Source: Cycas panzhihuaensis
Taxonomy: Eukaryota; Plantae; Cycadophyta
Assembly: GCA_023213395.1 (NCBI GenBank)
Contig: CM041465.1
Span: forward strand, 189,479,741-189,543,740
Length of the DNA stretch: 64,000 bases
Direction of reading: 5' to 3'
Both the position numbers and the translations under genes were made by a program. The notes below the pieces were generated by a model that saw nothing but the letters and a program-made list of their open reading frames with translations, made no database searches and was not told the origin of the DNA. This document shows positions 24,801-37,654 of this stretch, one piece after another. Every line of letters starts with the position of its first letter. Position 1 is the first letter of the stretch.

Positions 24801-26870
24801 TTGGGCTCTAAGTCTAGTAAATGATCTGTTGGTCCAACTTACTATTTTAGAAATGTAATGCAATGCATATGCAAATAAAGGAAATGTAACATAACTAATC
24901 TTTTCCTTTTCTTTTCTTTCTTTTATTTATGTTTCTTTTTTAAATTTCTTTCATTTTTTTTTGGAATGAACAAAAAGTATAAAAAAAGGAAAAAGGGAGA
25001 TATAAAAACTAAAGTAAATCATTTTCTTTCCTTCTTCTTTTTCTTTTTTTGCATTGTAGAAAAACAAAGGGAAAAGGAGGCAAGAAGAAAATAAAGAAAT
25101 TTTTATGCTTTTCTCTTTTCTTTTCTTTCTTTTCCTTGTAATACAACAAATAAAATATAACAAATTAAAAGAAATGATGCATACTCAAAATGGAGTAGAT
25201 TAGAATGTTTATAGCTCCTTTTTAGAAAATTGTAGTATCCTTAATGTAATGGGATGGAAATAAAGCAAATACTTACCCACTCCTAAAAGCATTTCAGTAG
25301 TATTTCTACTTGATAAAAATCTTTATGACAAAAGGAGTCCTCAAAGTATAAAAAGCTTGAAGGAACAATAAAGGAAAGAGAGTATAGAGCTTACCTTTTT
25401 TATGGTAGTTGGTGTGACATTTCTTAATTATTTGATTGGTAGAAATTGATTGAGTGTCTTGTAAACTTCTATCTCTACCCTACAAACATGTTAGTTTCGT
25501 ATAAGGATAGTAAACCTCTAATATATCTAATGAAAATGATCATATATAGTGTATGAAATAGTATAAGGTCAAAGCATAAAGAAAACAATCCTAAATCTAT
25601 GAGTACAAGAGAGAAAGATGAATAGGATTGGGGTGCCTCAAGATGGCAATCGTCCCCCAATATATATGGTTTCTTAAGTTGTACTTTAGAAACCTCCCCC
25701 AATCTGACAACCTGTTCAAAAGGATCAATCAAGAAACAAGAAAAAGAGACCGAAAGAGACTCTATTCACTGAGCAAATAAGATGATGACAAATAAAAAGA
25801 ACCCACTAGTAAATCACCATAAAGAAATCACACAATATGGCATGACCAAGATGAAATAAAGAAAATGGAGATTAACTCAAGTAAGGATGAGAGGATTACA
25901 TAAACCTTTATGAGGAAATGATGGCCAATGGCTACTAAATCTTTCCCCTAAGGACTCTCTAATAGCTTTTGGATAGTTACTCCTAATGTCCCAAATGAAA
26001 GCTAGTTGTTTGTACCAAATTCCTAGAATCTAGTAAAAATTTGCAATATAATAATAGGGTATTCCTTGAACAAAAGTCTCCACCTCTCTTTTAGATAAAA
26101 TAGGGGGATTTATAGATGAAGTGAGGGAGAGGGTTGGTGGTTTTCTACCCATAATGTAGAGAAAACTATCAACCAAAAACCATGAGTGATGCTCATAGTT
26201 TGAGAGATTTTCATTAAGAAAACCAAAGAAAATGAGATGACTGAGGTATGTTTAGCCTCTCAAGATTGATGTAAGTCGATCTAGAGCTGACACAGCTTGT
26301 TAAGGCTGATAATATATCATTTATGAGTTAACTATCACCATTAAACCTAAATCTAGATTGGTGATAGTCATATCAAAAATATATTTGCAGTACCATGAAT
26401 ATCTTTGTAGTATCATAGAATACTTCACAGCACTGCTAATACAAAAAAAAAAAAAGTGGTAATAGAATAGAGTTCATTTTTCACCAACATTTTATCATAT
26501 AATCAAGTAAACTCATAAGTGATAGGTCTTAAAAGGAGTAATCTATTAGCACCAAGTAGTAGCAAGATTAAAACAAGACTAAACAAGCAAAAACATAGTA
26601 ATAATAAAAAAAGAAACAAGTTGTAGGTGGTTAGGGAGGCACCTTTTCCAACCTAAGAAATCTATTAGGGGGATATCAGAGCTATGGACCAAGGTCCTAA
26701 TTATCATTAGCATATAAGAGGGTCATGGATCAACCATCAAACATGCATCAACTATATAACCTCAAATATATATCAATAAGGTGTAAAAAGGGTAAAAAAT
26801 TATACCTACACTTATTTGTTCATCCTTATATCTAATCCCATTCCTGAAAGCTAGGAAATATCACCTATTG
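21830..26870 (-). mobile_element. Element C: truncated Tat-family element (5' LTR, PBS, gag), relative of A
   Basis: PBS tagtgaccatactggggac (~24403-24422, Tat/Ogre-type TGGCGAC...CTGGGGA); Pro-rich gag 'EVPKFDGASSQDPTDHVRAFSMAC' ~22770-22840 similar to A gag; LTR 24424-26870. Confidence 0.8.
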
Positions 26871-29800
26871 CATATGTTCTATAAAGGCTTCTAGATCATG
26901 ATTATTCCTATATTTAATGGGAAACTAGGCCAAATCCAATAATCCCTTAGTATTCCTACCATATATAATTTAGAATGATGACTTACTAGTAGATTTGTTC
27001 ATAGAATTATTATAGGAAAATTCAACCTATACTAGTGCTAAGTCCTACTACTTAGTTTTTTAAACTCTTATTTAGTACGTTTGTTTATCTATTAGTTTAT
27101 GGGTGGTATACACTACTAAATTATGTCTTTATTCCCAACTTCTTCTATAATCTTTTCTCAAAGTGACTTAGAAATTTAGTATTCCTTTTTGAAGTGATGG
27201 TCTTTGGCACCCCATGCAACCAAGTAACTCCCTTGAAAAATTGATATGCTATTATAGTTTCATTGTTAGTCTTTTTCCATGTAATAAAATGATCTATTTT
27301 TGAAAACCTATTAATAATAATAAAAATAAAATTATTATCTTCTTAGGTGTTAGGTAATCCTAATATAAAATCTATGCTCAAATCTATCTGTGGCCCCTCT
27401 CAAACTAGTAATGGTATATAAAGTGTAGTATTTTATATGTATCCTTTAGTTACTTAATAAGTCTTATACCTTATCATATATTGAGTAACATCTCATTTCA
27501 TCTTTAACCAAAAGTATTTTTCCTCTGCTAAGTCTATGGTTTTGTTTTAATCAAAGTGCCCTCCAAGTCATCCACCATGTATTTCTCTTATGATGTTATC
27601 CCTCACAGACACTATGAGAGTGTGTGTATATGTAGGATGCAGGCTAGGTACCAAGCCAACTAGAGGCAGAGACTACTACATACTAGGATCATTCATAAGG
27701 GGACTTAAACACCATATATTTTATGGGAAACTCTTAAGAGAGAAAACCCATCAACATAATGTTTTAATATATTAAAAATAAAATAATACAAAGTGTTTCA
27801 GAGGTGAGATGGAACATGAGAAGACCATAGAGATTATATGGATCTTGAGTTAGTGATAGGAATACCAAGGAGGTATGAATATATATACCCTGAAATGGTA
27901 CCATATAAGGTCATGCCTCTTCATCATGTCTTTTTGCCAATGGACATGTCTTTTCATCATACCTATAGACACTAATTAATCCTAATGAAGTATTAAGTTA
28001 TAGTTAACCTACGTTAATTATTGTTAACATCCCCCCTTAATGCAAATAGGGGATGAAGCAAACATAAATGCTCCATTAGTTAGGAGATCTATCCTTATAG
28101 ACTAATCCCCCCTCAAGGATGATCTTGCTGAGTGTTAACTGGTGACATTCATCCAATAGCTTCATGAACTGATTCACAACCTAGTTAATGGCTAAAGAAG
28201 ATTCCACTTGAAGCTTGCTTTCATCAAATGCCTCTTAAATAATTGATTGGTATCTCACTTTTGATGTTTATACTTGATCTTTCAAGTACTCTTCCCCCAA
28301 ACTAAGAGCCTCTTCCATAGGTCATAATATTCCATCAATCAAAGATGAGTCCAAATCAAACATAAGGTACATACTATTAGCATAATTCAACTAGCATTAT
28401 GGTTTATCCTATCCTTTCATAATAACCTCAGAGGTTTGTGCTCGATATAATCTCCTCAAGTCTAGGTTAAGAAATGCAGACTAAATATTATTTTGGTATG
28501 ACTCTCCACCAAGTGTAGCTACTATATTTGACCTATTTATTGGCCTCTAATCAAAGGGTGCAATTACTATCTTAGGGTTAATTAGTATAGAGGGGATATT
28601 TCCATGTAAAGAGTCTTCTTCCTTCTTCATAGTTGCTTTCCAGGAAGGATTCATTTGCCATAATGAATCAGGAATGTGGGAGTGAATGACTTCTATCATT
28701 TGAAGCCAACTAGTCGTTTGAGTTTCAATCAACCTTTATGTTACATCCTCAGTTACAACCAACAATGACTTAGAGGAGGTTGGCATCTCCTCAATGAGTA
28801 ACTAGTGTTTTTTATTACCTTTTACTTCATCTTCCTCTTAGAGTTTGACCTTCGTAGGATTAGGAGATGACATGAAGGGGGGGTAACAAACATCTATTTG
28901 CATAGGTTTACTAAACTAGCATGTCGATGCTTCATTGATTTTTATATCCTAATAATGAAGAAATTGTTACATCATCAGATCTCGTAGTCTATGACTATTT
29001 CCATAGTATCCCACGAAAGTGTTTTTACAACTATTATTAGATTCCTTCATTTGTTTATTAGAGATTAGTATATTTTTTATGCACTCTAATATTTTTTCAA
29101 TGGAAAGCTTCTTATAGGACCATCTTTCCTATGGCATTACACTTTGAACTACAGAGGTTAGAATCCAATTCACAATGTGAACAACAGTTCTCACAACTTC
29201 TGTCCCAAAGTTGAATGGGATATATTCCATTTCCACCTTACACAATGCCATGTCGATCAAGGTATCAACTTTCTATATGGCAACTCCATCATGTAGAATT
29301 AACTTAATACTATGATTAGAATAGAACTTAAAAATGTGATTGTTATTAGCTTTTCCATGATTACTCTTTAATAAAGTTATTTGATTTTCACATATTTTTT
29401 CATATATTAATCTATCTTTTACTTCTAACTTATCTTTGGGAGAGTATACCTAAGTATCCTAAGTAGAATGAAGATTTTGATTTATTCTAGGTATATAATA
29501 TACCTTCTAGAGGTAACCACCTTTTACTATGACTGTTTCAATAATTTTGATTGGTACCACATTATCATTATTGAGTATGATTTCTATCTGGCTAAGATCT
29601 TAGTTCAACACATTAAAACTTTTCCTTTTAGGAGAGATATGTTGTGCATTTGAGTTAGTTAATACTCACATATAAAATACTATAATTTTCTCTTTTCCAT
29701 TAGTCTGTCTTAAATTCTTTTTCCTTATCTAGCAATCCTTGTCTCTGTGGCCTATCTTTTTGTAGTAGGTACATGAACCAATATATTTCTTATTCTTTCC

Positions 29801-32800
29801 TTTATTGGGAACCTCTTTATGTGAAAATCCCTATCCTCATTCTTTTGAACTTTTGAGAATGGGATATGACTAGTGTTAGATGAACCCATAAACCCATGAT
29901 GTTTGAGTTTAGCTTTGTCTATAAGAAGTAGTTCCTTTAGCTTCTAAAATGAGGTAACTTGTAACATCTCATCAATGTTATACATAGTCTGAAAGGTGCT
30001 ATAAGCTACTACTAACTTGTTCATGATAATTACAAATAAGAGTTTATTGCTAATCAAGTCTTCTTCAATTGCCTCTAGCTTATTCCTGATATCAGTCAAC
30101 TTATTTAAGTAGGTGTTGATGTTGCTTTCATCCTTAATGCAGGAATTGAATAGTTCACCAAATAAGACAACTAAACAATTTATCTTATTTTATCTAAAGA
30201 TTTCACAAAGGGTTTTCCAAATGTCATGTGGCATATTCAATTTATGAATGAGTGCTCTTCGATCTGAGGCAAGCGAGAGCTTTAGTAGACTGGTGGCATG
30301 TAGTTGCTTTCTCCATGTGAGTTTATCTAGAAAAACATTAGGTTCCCCTTCCATTTTCTTGGGTGGAGCCTCACAAATTAGGTCCCAAATCTCTTGGACC
30401 ATTAGTACATATTCTATATTGGACTTCTACTCTTCAAAGTTAGTGTCGTCAAAGATTACTTGCGGCAATAGGGTTGTTTTGGGGTCCATGTTTGTAAATA
30501 TTTTGAGTTCTCTTCCACTTGATTACTAATCACGATGATAAGTCTTATTAACACTATTTTATTACTTTACAAATCCTTATTCACTACTTTGTATATCACT
30601 TCACTGAGGTTTGATATAAGTTTCACATATTTTTTGTAGATAATATGCCTTTTATCATCAATTGGAGAAATAATGTATTAAAATACCACTTTTGACACTA
30701 TAAACTTCTTGACAAAAGTGATAAGATCTTATACGGGATAGTTTGTATTCTTGGGCTACTTCCAGGACAAAATCACTGTAAATAAATGTTGTAAAATGCA
30801 AGTTTAAAGTTAAATATTAAATTTAGAATATTTAGTAGAATATTCTCTTCTTAATAATGCCGCCCAAAATATCATATACGATTAATATTTCATCGTGTCT
30901 GAATATTTAAAAGACCAAATATATATATCAATTAATATATTTAATGAATCAATTAATTTTATGTGCTTACAAAAAATAATGACCTCCATTGATTAAATTT
31001 AATTCACGTTCCAAAAATGATCCACATGATTGATTTGCTAGTTAATCTCTTAAGACATTAATGTTAATCTGCATCTGATATTGATCAAAGGAATATAAGA
31101 TATATGATGAATTAATTTATGCATCAAGTGTAATGAAACACGACTACGTTATGGCTAATTTTTTTATTTCTATATGATTATTAATATTTGAATATTAATC
31201 CACATGATTGAAATATCAAATGTATTGATCTAATCGAATGATATTTGTTAGATATATCATTCGTCTTTAGTGTATAAATAATAATGTACAAATAATAGGT
31301 AGATTTTCTAATTGACATAACTTTAGAATCAATATATTTTGACTTTTTTTTTAAATCATTACAATGCTTTCAAAAGGGAACAACTTGTTTCTAAAGGTTT
31401 CAAGATTATTCTCTATTATACAACTTCAATCTGAAGCCCAACATGAATGAACGGTGTCTGATACCTTCAAAAGTTTCTAATACTACTTTTATGTTCCCAA
31501 TTTGAGCTTTAACAACATTGTATGGCTTGCCTTGATGCCCAACTTCATTGTTTAGCTTCTAATGTTCATGCCACAAGTGTATGAGGAGCCTAAATACGTT
31601 TTGTAACTCTGGATTGCCTCTTATCTCAGTGCCAAATTGATCTATGATATCCAATCTTTGAATCTGACTGGTTAGAGATATATTCACTCATTTTAGTCTC
31701 ATATCTAAGTTCTAATATTGATCCTTACTTCCTTAGGCTTTGATACCATGTGAGATTATGTGTATATGCAGGATGCAGGCTAGGTGTCAAGCCAACCAGA
31801 GGTAGAGACTGCTACACACCAGGATCATTCATAAGGGGACTCAAACACCAGATATATTATGGGAAACTCTTAAGAGAGAAAACCCACCAACACAATGTTT
31901 TAATATATTAAAATAAAACAACATAGAGTGTTTTAGAGATGAGATGAAGCATTGGAAGATCATTGAGATTACATTGATCTTAAGTTAGTGATAGGAATAC
32001 CAAGGAGGTATGAATATATATACCCCAAAATGGTACCATGTAAGGTCATGCCTCTTCATCATGTCTTTTTGCCAATGGGCATGTCCTTTCATCACACTTA
32101 AATATACTAATTAACCCTAATGAAGTATTAAGTTATAGTTAACCTAAGTTAACTATCACTAATAGACCCAACTAGAATACATAGTTGTTTACCTTTAAGT
32201 AGATACATACCCTATATAAAATAAGCATGATATTCATATCCACTTGTATTAGCTAAGGAATCCTACAATATTCCATAACTATGCTAAAATTAAGATCAAC
32301 ATTATATAAATCTCTTAAAGCATCAAACCCAACCACTTCATTTAGCATAGTGGCTATTAGTACTATCCTTCTACTCAATGCATCAACAACTTGATTTTGT
32401 TTTACTAATTTATGGTTAAGAATGAAAGCAAGTCCCTGTAGATATGATGTCTATTTTATAGGCTTAGCATTTAACCCTTTTTGTATAATTATATGCCTTA
32501 ATTCTTGATGGTCTATAAATAAGATGAACTCCTTAGGCATAAGATAATGTCACTAATGCTTTAGAGCCTATATAATATTATAGAATTCTATATTATAGGT
32601 AGAATATTTCTTTCTCACATCATTCAACTTATTATTATAAAATACTATTAACCTTCCCTCCTCGCTCAACATAACCTAAATAGCAATATGGAAAGCATTA
32701 TAATCAACCTTAAATGCCTTTTAAAAATATGGTAGTGTTAACAAAGGTGCCTTTGCTACCTTTTGCTTTATTAGCTTGAAACTCTGCTCTACTACCTTAG

Positions 32801-35800
32801 TTTAAATAAACTTCTTTCCCTTAGTATAATCTATTAAGGGAACAATAATGCCACTAAGTTTTGTATTAAACTTTCTGTAAAATATGTCTAGACCATGGAA
32901 GCTCTTCACCTTTGTTACATTCCTAGGTATAGGCTATTCAACAATGGCTCTAATTTTCTTATCATTTATATGCTACCTATCCCTAAAATATTAAAAATCC
33001 TAAAAGGATTAGGCTACTCTATATAAATTTATATTTCTTCAACTACATATATAATATCTCTACTCTCAATACATCTAACACCATCCTTAGGTGTTATAGG
33101 TGCTTCTCCTTAGTCCTAATATATATTAAAATATCATCAAAATAGACAACTATAAACTTACTGATCTATATTTATAAGATGGTATTCATTGATCTCATGA
33201 ATATACTTAGGGAATTTGACATCCCAAATAGCATGACTAACTATTTATATAGCCCAACTCTTGTATTAAAGGTCATCTTGTACTCATCATATTCCCCTAA
33301 GTTTAAATATGATAATAATCACTTCCCAAGTCAATTTTAGTAAAATAGGATATACTTTTTAAAATATCTAATATGTTATTTATTTGAGGCATTGAAAACT
33401 TGTACCTAAGTATGATTTTATTGATTACCTTATAATCAACACACATCCTCTAAGATCCCTCCTTCTTTGGAGAGTGTAGGAGTTATACATGGACTTATTT
33501 TCTCTTACCATATCTTTCTATATTGATTCAATCACTTTTTTATTTAATTTTACATTGTCCATAGGGCTCACTCTGTACATAACTTGATTTGGTAATGCAA
33601 ATCCTAGAATTAAATTAATCTGATATTATATATCTATCTTTAGTAGTAAACCCTCTGGTAATTTATTAGATATAATATCACTATACTCTTGTAATAGTTT
33701 AACAGTTCTTATGGTATCAATGCTTACTCCTTATTGTTTTCTACTCGATTTATCACCAAGGTATAACAAGTTCTTGTATTCCTTTACTTCCCTTAAGAAT
33801 TTATTTATAGTTAATAAAGTCTTTTCATATCCTTCTTCCTTTATAAGTAATAATATGATCTTCACACCATCCTTCTATAAGGTGTAAATATTTTCTCCCT
33901 ATCATGATAGGTATTCCTATCATACTACCATGGCCTCTCCAATAATACACGGCAAGCATTCATTAGGAGAATATCACACCACACCTTATTGTGATATGTT
34001 TTCCTAATAGTAAAATTTATAAAATATTTTTTATCTATTACAACATTTCTCATTTTATTTACCCAAGAAATCTTTTAGGGGGTAGAATTCCTTTCACACT
34101 ATAATCCTATTTCTTTTGTCATTTTAATGAATAAAATATTTTCATAGCTTCTACTATGAATAATAGCCTTACAAATCTTACCTTCTAAAGTTTATCTCAT
34201 TTAGAAGATATTGTTGTGCAAACATAATTCCTCATTTTTCTTTATTTACCCTTTAAAATAACCTAACTTTATTTTAGATCAATCAAAATTATTCTTAACA
34301 ACATGTTCTCCCTAGCATCTACTACAACTTTTGTAGGTCATTTCTTAGCTTAGGTTAAGTTTACTCTTTATTGCTTCCATTGGTTTCTTATTTGGATATA
34401 ATTATAAGGACATTCGTAGGCCTTTATGACCCTATTCATTATATTTGAAGGTAACAATAGGCCTCCCTAGTGTATTACCTATCTTATCAAAGTTTCTACC
34501 ACTATGGGCTTATTCAAAACCTTGGTCTCCTATATAGTTTTAGAAACCCCTATATTCTTGTCTCTCTTGAGTCACACTTTATATCTCCATCTAATTTGAG
34601 GATTCTCCATGGGAGTAATTAAAGTTATCTTAGCCTTTGAATGGGGTTAATGGACCCTTCTTTACAACATATAATTTTTTAGTAAGGTTTCTACTCTATT
34701 TCTCCTTATCTTTTAAGGAAAACAAGTAAAGATCTTTAATACTCTTAATTCTAAGCATGTTAAGTTTATCTTAGATAAAAAACTTTAGGCCATTTACATA
34801 CTTGGTAGTTATCTAATCTTCTATTTCTTCATACTTTATTATGATTAATAATTTAAAAATTTTATTAGTATAGCCTTAAATAATCATCTCTTTACCTCAA
34901 GTTCTAAAATTTTCTAAACAATATTTGAGAGTAGTCCACTAGAAGGAATTTCTCATTGAGCTTCTTCACCATCTTACTCTAAGTTTGAATTTTATCCTTT
35001 ACATTTCTCATTTTCTCTTTTTGTAGGTAATCTCACCATATCATTGTATGACCCTTAAGTTTAGTATATGCAAGCTTTATTTTCTTCTCTTTTATCCTTC
35101 AATTCTATTCAAAATATTCCTCCATATCATTTAACCAATTAATCAACTCTTTAGGTTTTAAGTTATCTCCATACTCTATAATATCAAAGATTCACTCTAC
35201 TATTATTTTCTTTTAAAGATTTTAATATTCTCTCATCATTGGATGGTGGTTCTTGTGGCCTTTCTTTCTCATACTCTACTCCAACTTCTATTTCTATTTT
35301 TCATCATTGTTATAGTTCTTATGACCACTTCCATTCCTAAGAAGGATCTCTTATTATCTTAACACTACCTCTACAAGACCTTCTACAATTCTTTAGAGGT
35401 TTTATATATTCCTATTTAATTGTGTATTCTCTCCTCTAACCATCTCACCCTCTAAGTTATTTACTCTTTTCCTATGAATACTTTCAATGTTCTTTTAATA
35501 AATTTTAAATAAATTTCAAAAGAAAATATAAAACTCACTAATAGTTTGTTGTAAACTTCTTCTTAGTCTCCTCTTAGAGTTGAACCATGCTCTAATACTA
35601 AATAATGGGGTGGTGATCTCTTCAAAAACATAAACATGCAAATAGAATAATATATCTTAGAGGAAATAGATCTAAACTCTTTACAAAAACACTTATTTTT
35701 GTAAATTTCTATCTTTTTATAACTAAAAACTCCAAAAAAAAAATCTAAAAACTAAAATTAAGTGTTTTTATAAGATGTAAGCATATAAATTCATGGCATT

Positions 35801-36248
35801 TGGTCATACAAAAACCCTAACTACTATTTCTTAAAATTAAGAAACTAACTTAGAGCAAAAAAGTCTTTAAATCTAAAGATTCTTATTTTTAGTAAGTTTT
35901 TGAAAGTACTTCAACTAATATAAAAGTTAACCCATGTATAGCTAAACATGTTATAGGCTCCATGAGAAGACTAATAATGTAAAACTAATATCTTAATTAA
36001 GAAATCTAATACCTTTAAATTTTTCTAAAAGTGATAAATAATCGTAACTTTTAGTCTTGGGTAAGCAGATGATCCTATATGTTTTTGAAAACAAAAAGAA
36101 TAAAGTCGTAATTTATTAATTACATTATGATACAAATTTAGAGATCTAGTTCCTCAAAAAATAGGGCTAAAATGAACACCCAAGTCAAAAGTTATTATCC
36201 CAATAAGGAGACCCTCCAAAGTTGGGATTTATAAATACTCTCACATCA
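26870..36248 (-). mobile_element. Element E: CRM-like Ty3/gypsy element, 3'-truncated in integrase and interrupted by D
   Basis: 5' LTR 35603-36248 (taatg..catca); PBS 35589-35600; gag with zinc knuckle ~34400-35400; PR ~34000; RT 'VYFDDILI' ~33125-33150; RH ~32400-32750; INT 'SSVYHP' ~27100. Confidence 0.85.
27613..32164 (-). mobile_element. Element D: non-autonomous Ty1/copia (gag plus integrase remnants, no RT)
   Basis: LTRs 27613-28029 and 31749-32164; TSD GACAC/GACCC; PBS 31737-31748; PPT 28030-28040; gag 29700-30490 with CTYYKKIGHRDKDC knuckle; INT remnants 29000-29600. Confidence 0.9.
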
Positions 36249-36381
36249 TTCAACTTGACTTAGGTATTCTTGGTATATTTTGTAAAAGTATAAAGGTTAC
36301 AATCAACCTCTTAATTATACTGTGTATTATATGTATGATTGTTATTATACCTATGATTATGATCTGGGTATACTGTTCTCA

Positions 36382-36385
<4 letters not shown>

Positions 36386-36429
<44 letters not shown>
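36386..36429. repeat. (TA)n microsatellite
   Basis: Directly visible. Confidence 0.95.
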
Positions 36430-36431
<2 letters not shown>

Positions 36432-37050
36432 TCTTCATCTCACAGCTTTACTTGTATGCATATTTTTGTTATTTCATAGTTTTGTTCACCCTATGTGATG
36501 AGGGTGGCCTATAAAAAAAAGATTCTATCCTACATGCAACAAACTTAAAAATAAAAAAGAGTCAAAGAAAAAGTTCCAAGAATAGAGAGAGTCATTTTTA
36601 CTTCAAATTCCATTCCATTCCATTCAAATCTTCTAAAAGATAGTCTAAAATTATATTTATATAAGTAAAAGTGGGAAGCATAGGAATTTCTGACCTTAAA
36701 CCTAAAAATTATTTAATTATAAAAAATACTATGTAAATTCATATTTTTAAGTTAATTCTTACTAAGAAAAGCTAGACCATTAAATGCCATTACATAAAAG
36801 TGATAACTAGTCTAAAATTAATTATTACATTTAAATATAAAAAATAAATCTTAATTTTTAGGTATTTTTGGAGTATTTTTTGGTAAGTAAACTCTAGTCC
36901 TATTATGGGCTTTTGGCCCTATCCTAGGCCATTTTTACCTCTTCCTCTCAGAAAGACCTCTGATTTGGTGCTAGAAGGACTAAATTCTAACCACTGAGTT
37001 AAAGTTTATGCTTCAATTGAAGGAAATGAAAAAGATGGATTTCAAACATA

Positions 37051-37320
37051 AATAATGGATTTTTGGATATTGGAGGTGTACGCATGTATACTGAGGATGT
37101 TTCAGTTTGAAACGAATAATATGCTGCAATGTTAGAAATAGACAGAAAGACCTGATCAATCAAATATTGTAAGTGTAAGCTAATCAAAGTTGTAAACCTC
37201 AGAATTTTCTTGCACAAGTAATTTGTCAGAGTTGGGTGAGGATTCAGAGGATCTCTAAACTAAGAGTTATTCTGATATAGATGGTGAAGTAGCAAAGGGT
37301 TACTTAGAAGAAATAGATTA
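37051..37320 (+). pseudogene. Fragment of plant G-patch/R3H-domain protein gene (At3g09850-like N-terminal region)
   Basis: NNGFLDIGGVRMYTEDVS (37051-37104) and, after a frameshift, EDSEDL*TKSYSDIDGEVAKGYLEEID. Resembles GFLSIGGMKLYTEDIS...SDIDEEVAxDYLEGIGG of that family (from recall). Confidence 0.6.
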
Positions 37321-37374
37321 AAAATTGTATATTTATACAAAAAAACATGAAAAAAATGTTGAATTTTTTTAGTT

Positions 37375-37651
37375 ATTATTAACTTTTTAAATCTTGGATC
37401 TAAGTTGTGCATGGTTAATTTACCTGGATATGGCTTTGTGTATACAAAAGAGAAAGTCAAAGAGTCATGAGAGGAGCTTGTGAAGGAATTTGTCACAACA
37501 AGACTTGGCCTAAAGAGAGTGTGTTTACCTGTTGATACCAAATGGGGTATGAAGCTTGGAGACCAAGAGCTGGTCGATTTGATGGAAAGATCTCAAACTC
37601 AATACCAGATTGTTTTGACAAAAACCTGATATAGTATTCCCAATGGATGTT
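37375..37651 (+). pseudogene. EngB: Fragment of EngB/YihA/YsxC-family GTPase gene (plant EMB2001/At5g11480-like), G3-G4 region, uninterrupted
   Basis: IINFLNLGSKLCMVNLPGYGFVYTKEKVKES*EELVKEFVTTRLGLKRVCLPVDTKWGMKLGDQELVDLMERSQTQYQIVLTKT/DIVFPMDV; TGA at 37468, +1 frameshift ~37627. Confidence 0.92.
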
Positions 37652-37654
37652 GAG

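Noticed and set aside
37260-37541. Listed minus-strand ORFs 37260-37541 and 36999-37217
   Set aside because: Antisense shadows of the plus-strand gene fragments
37375-37651. Functional EngB exon
   Set aside because: Premature stop, frameshift, G3 Asp lost, and embedded in a TSD-flanked insertion
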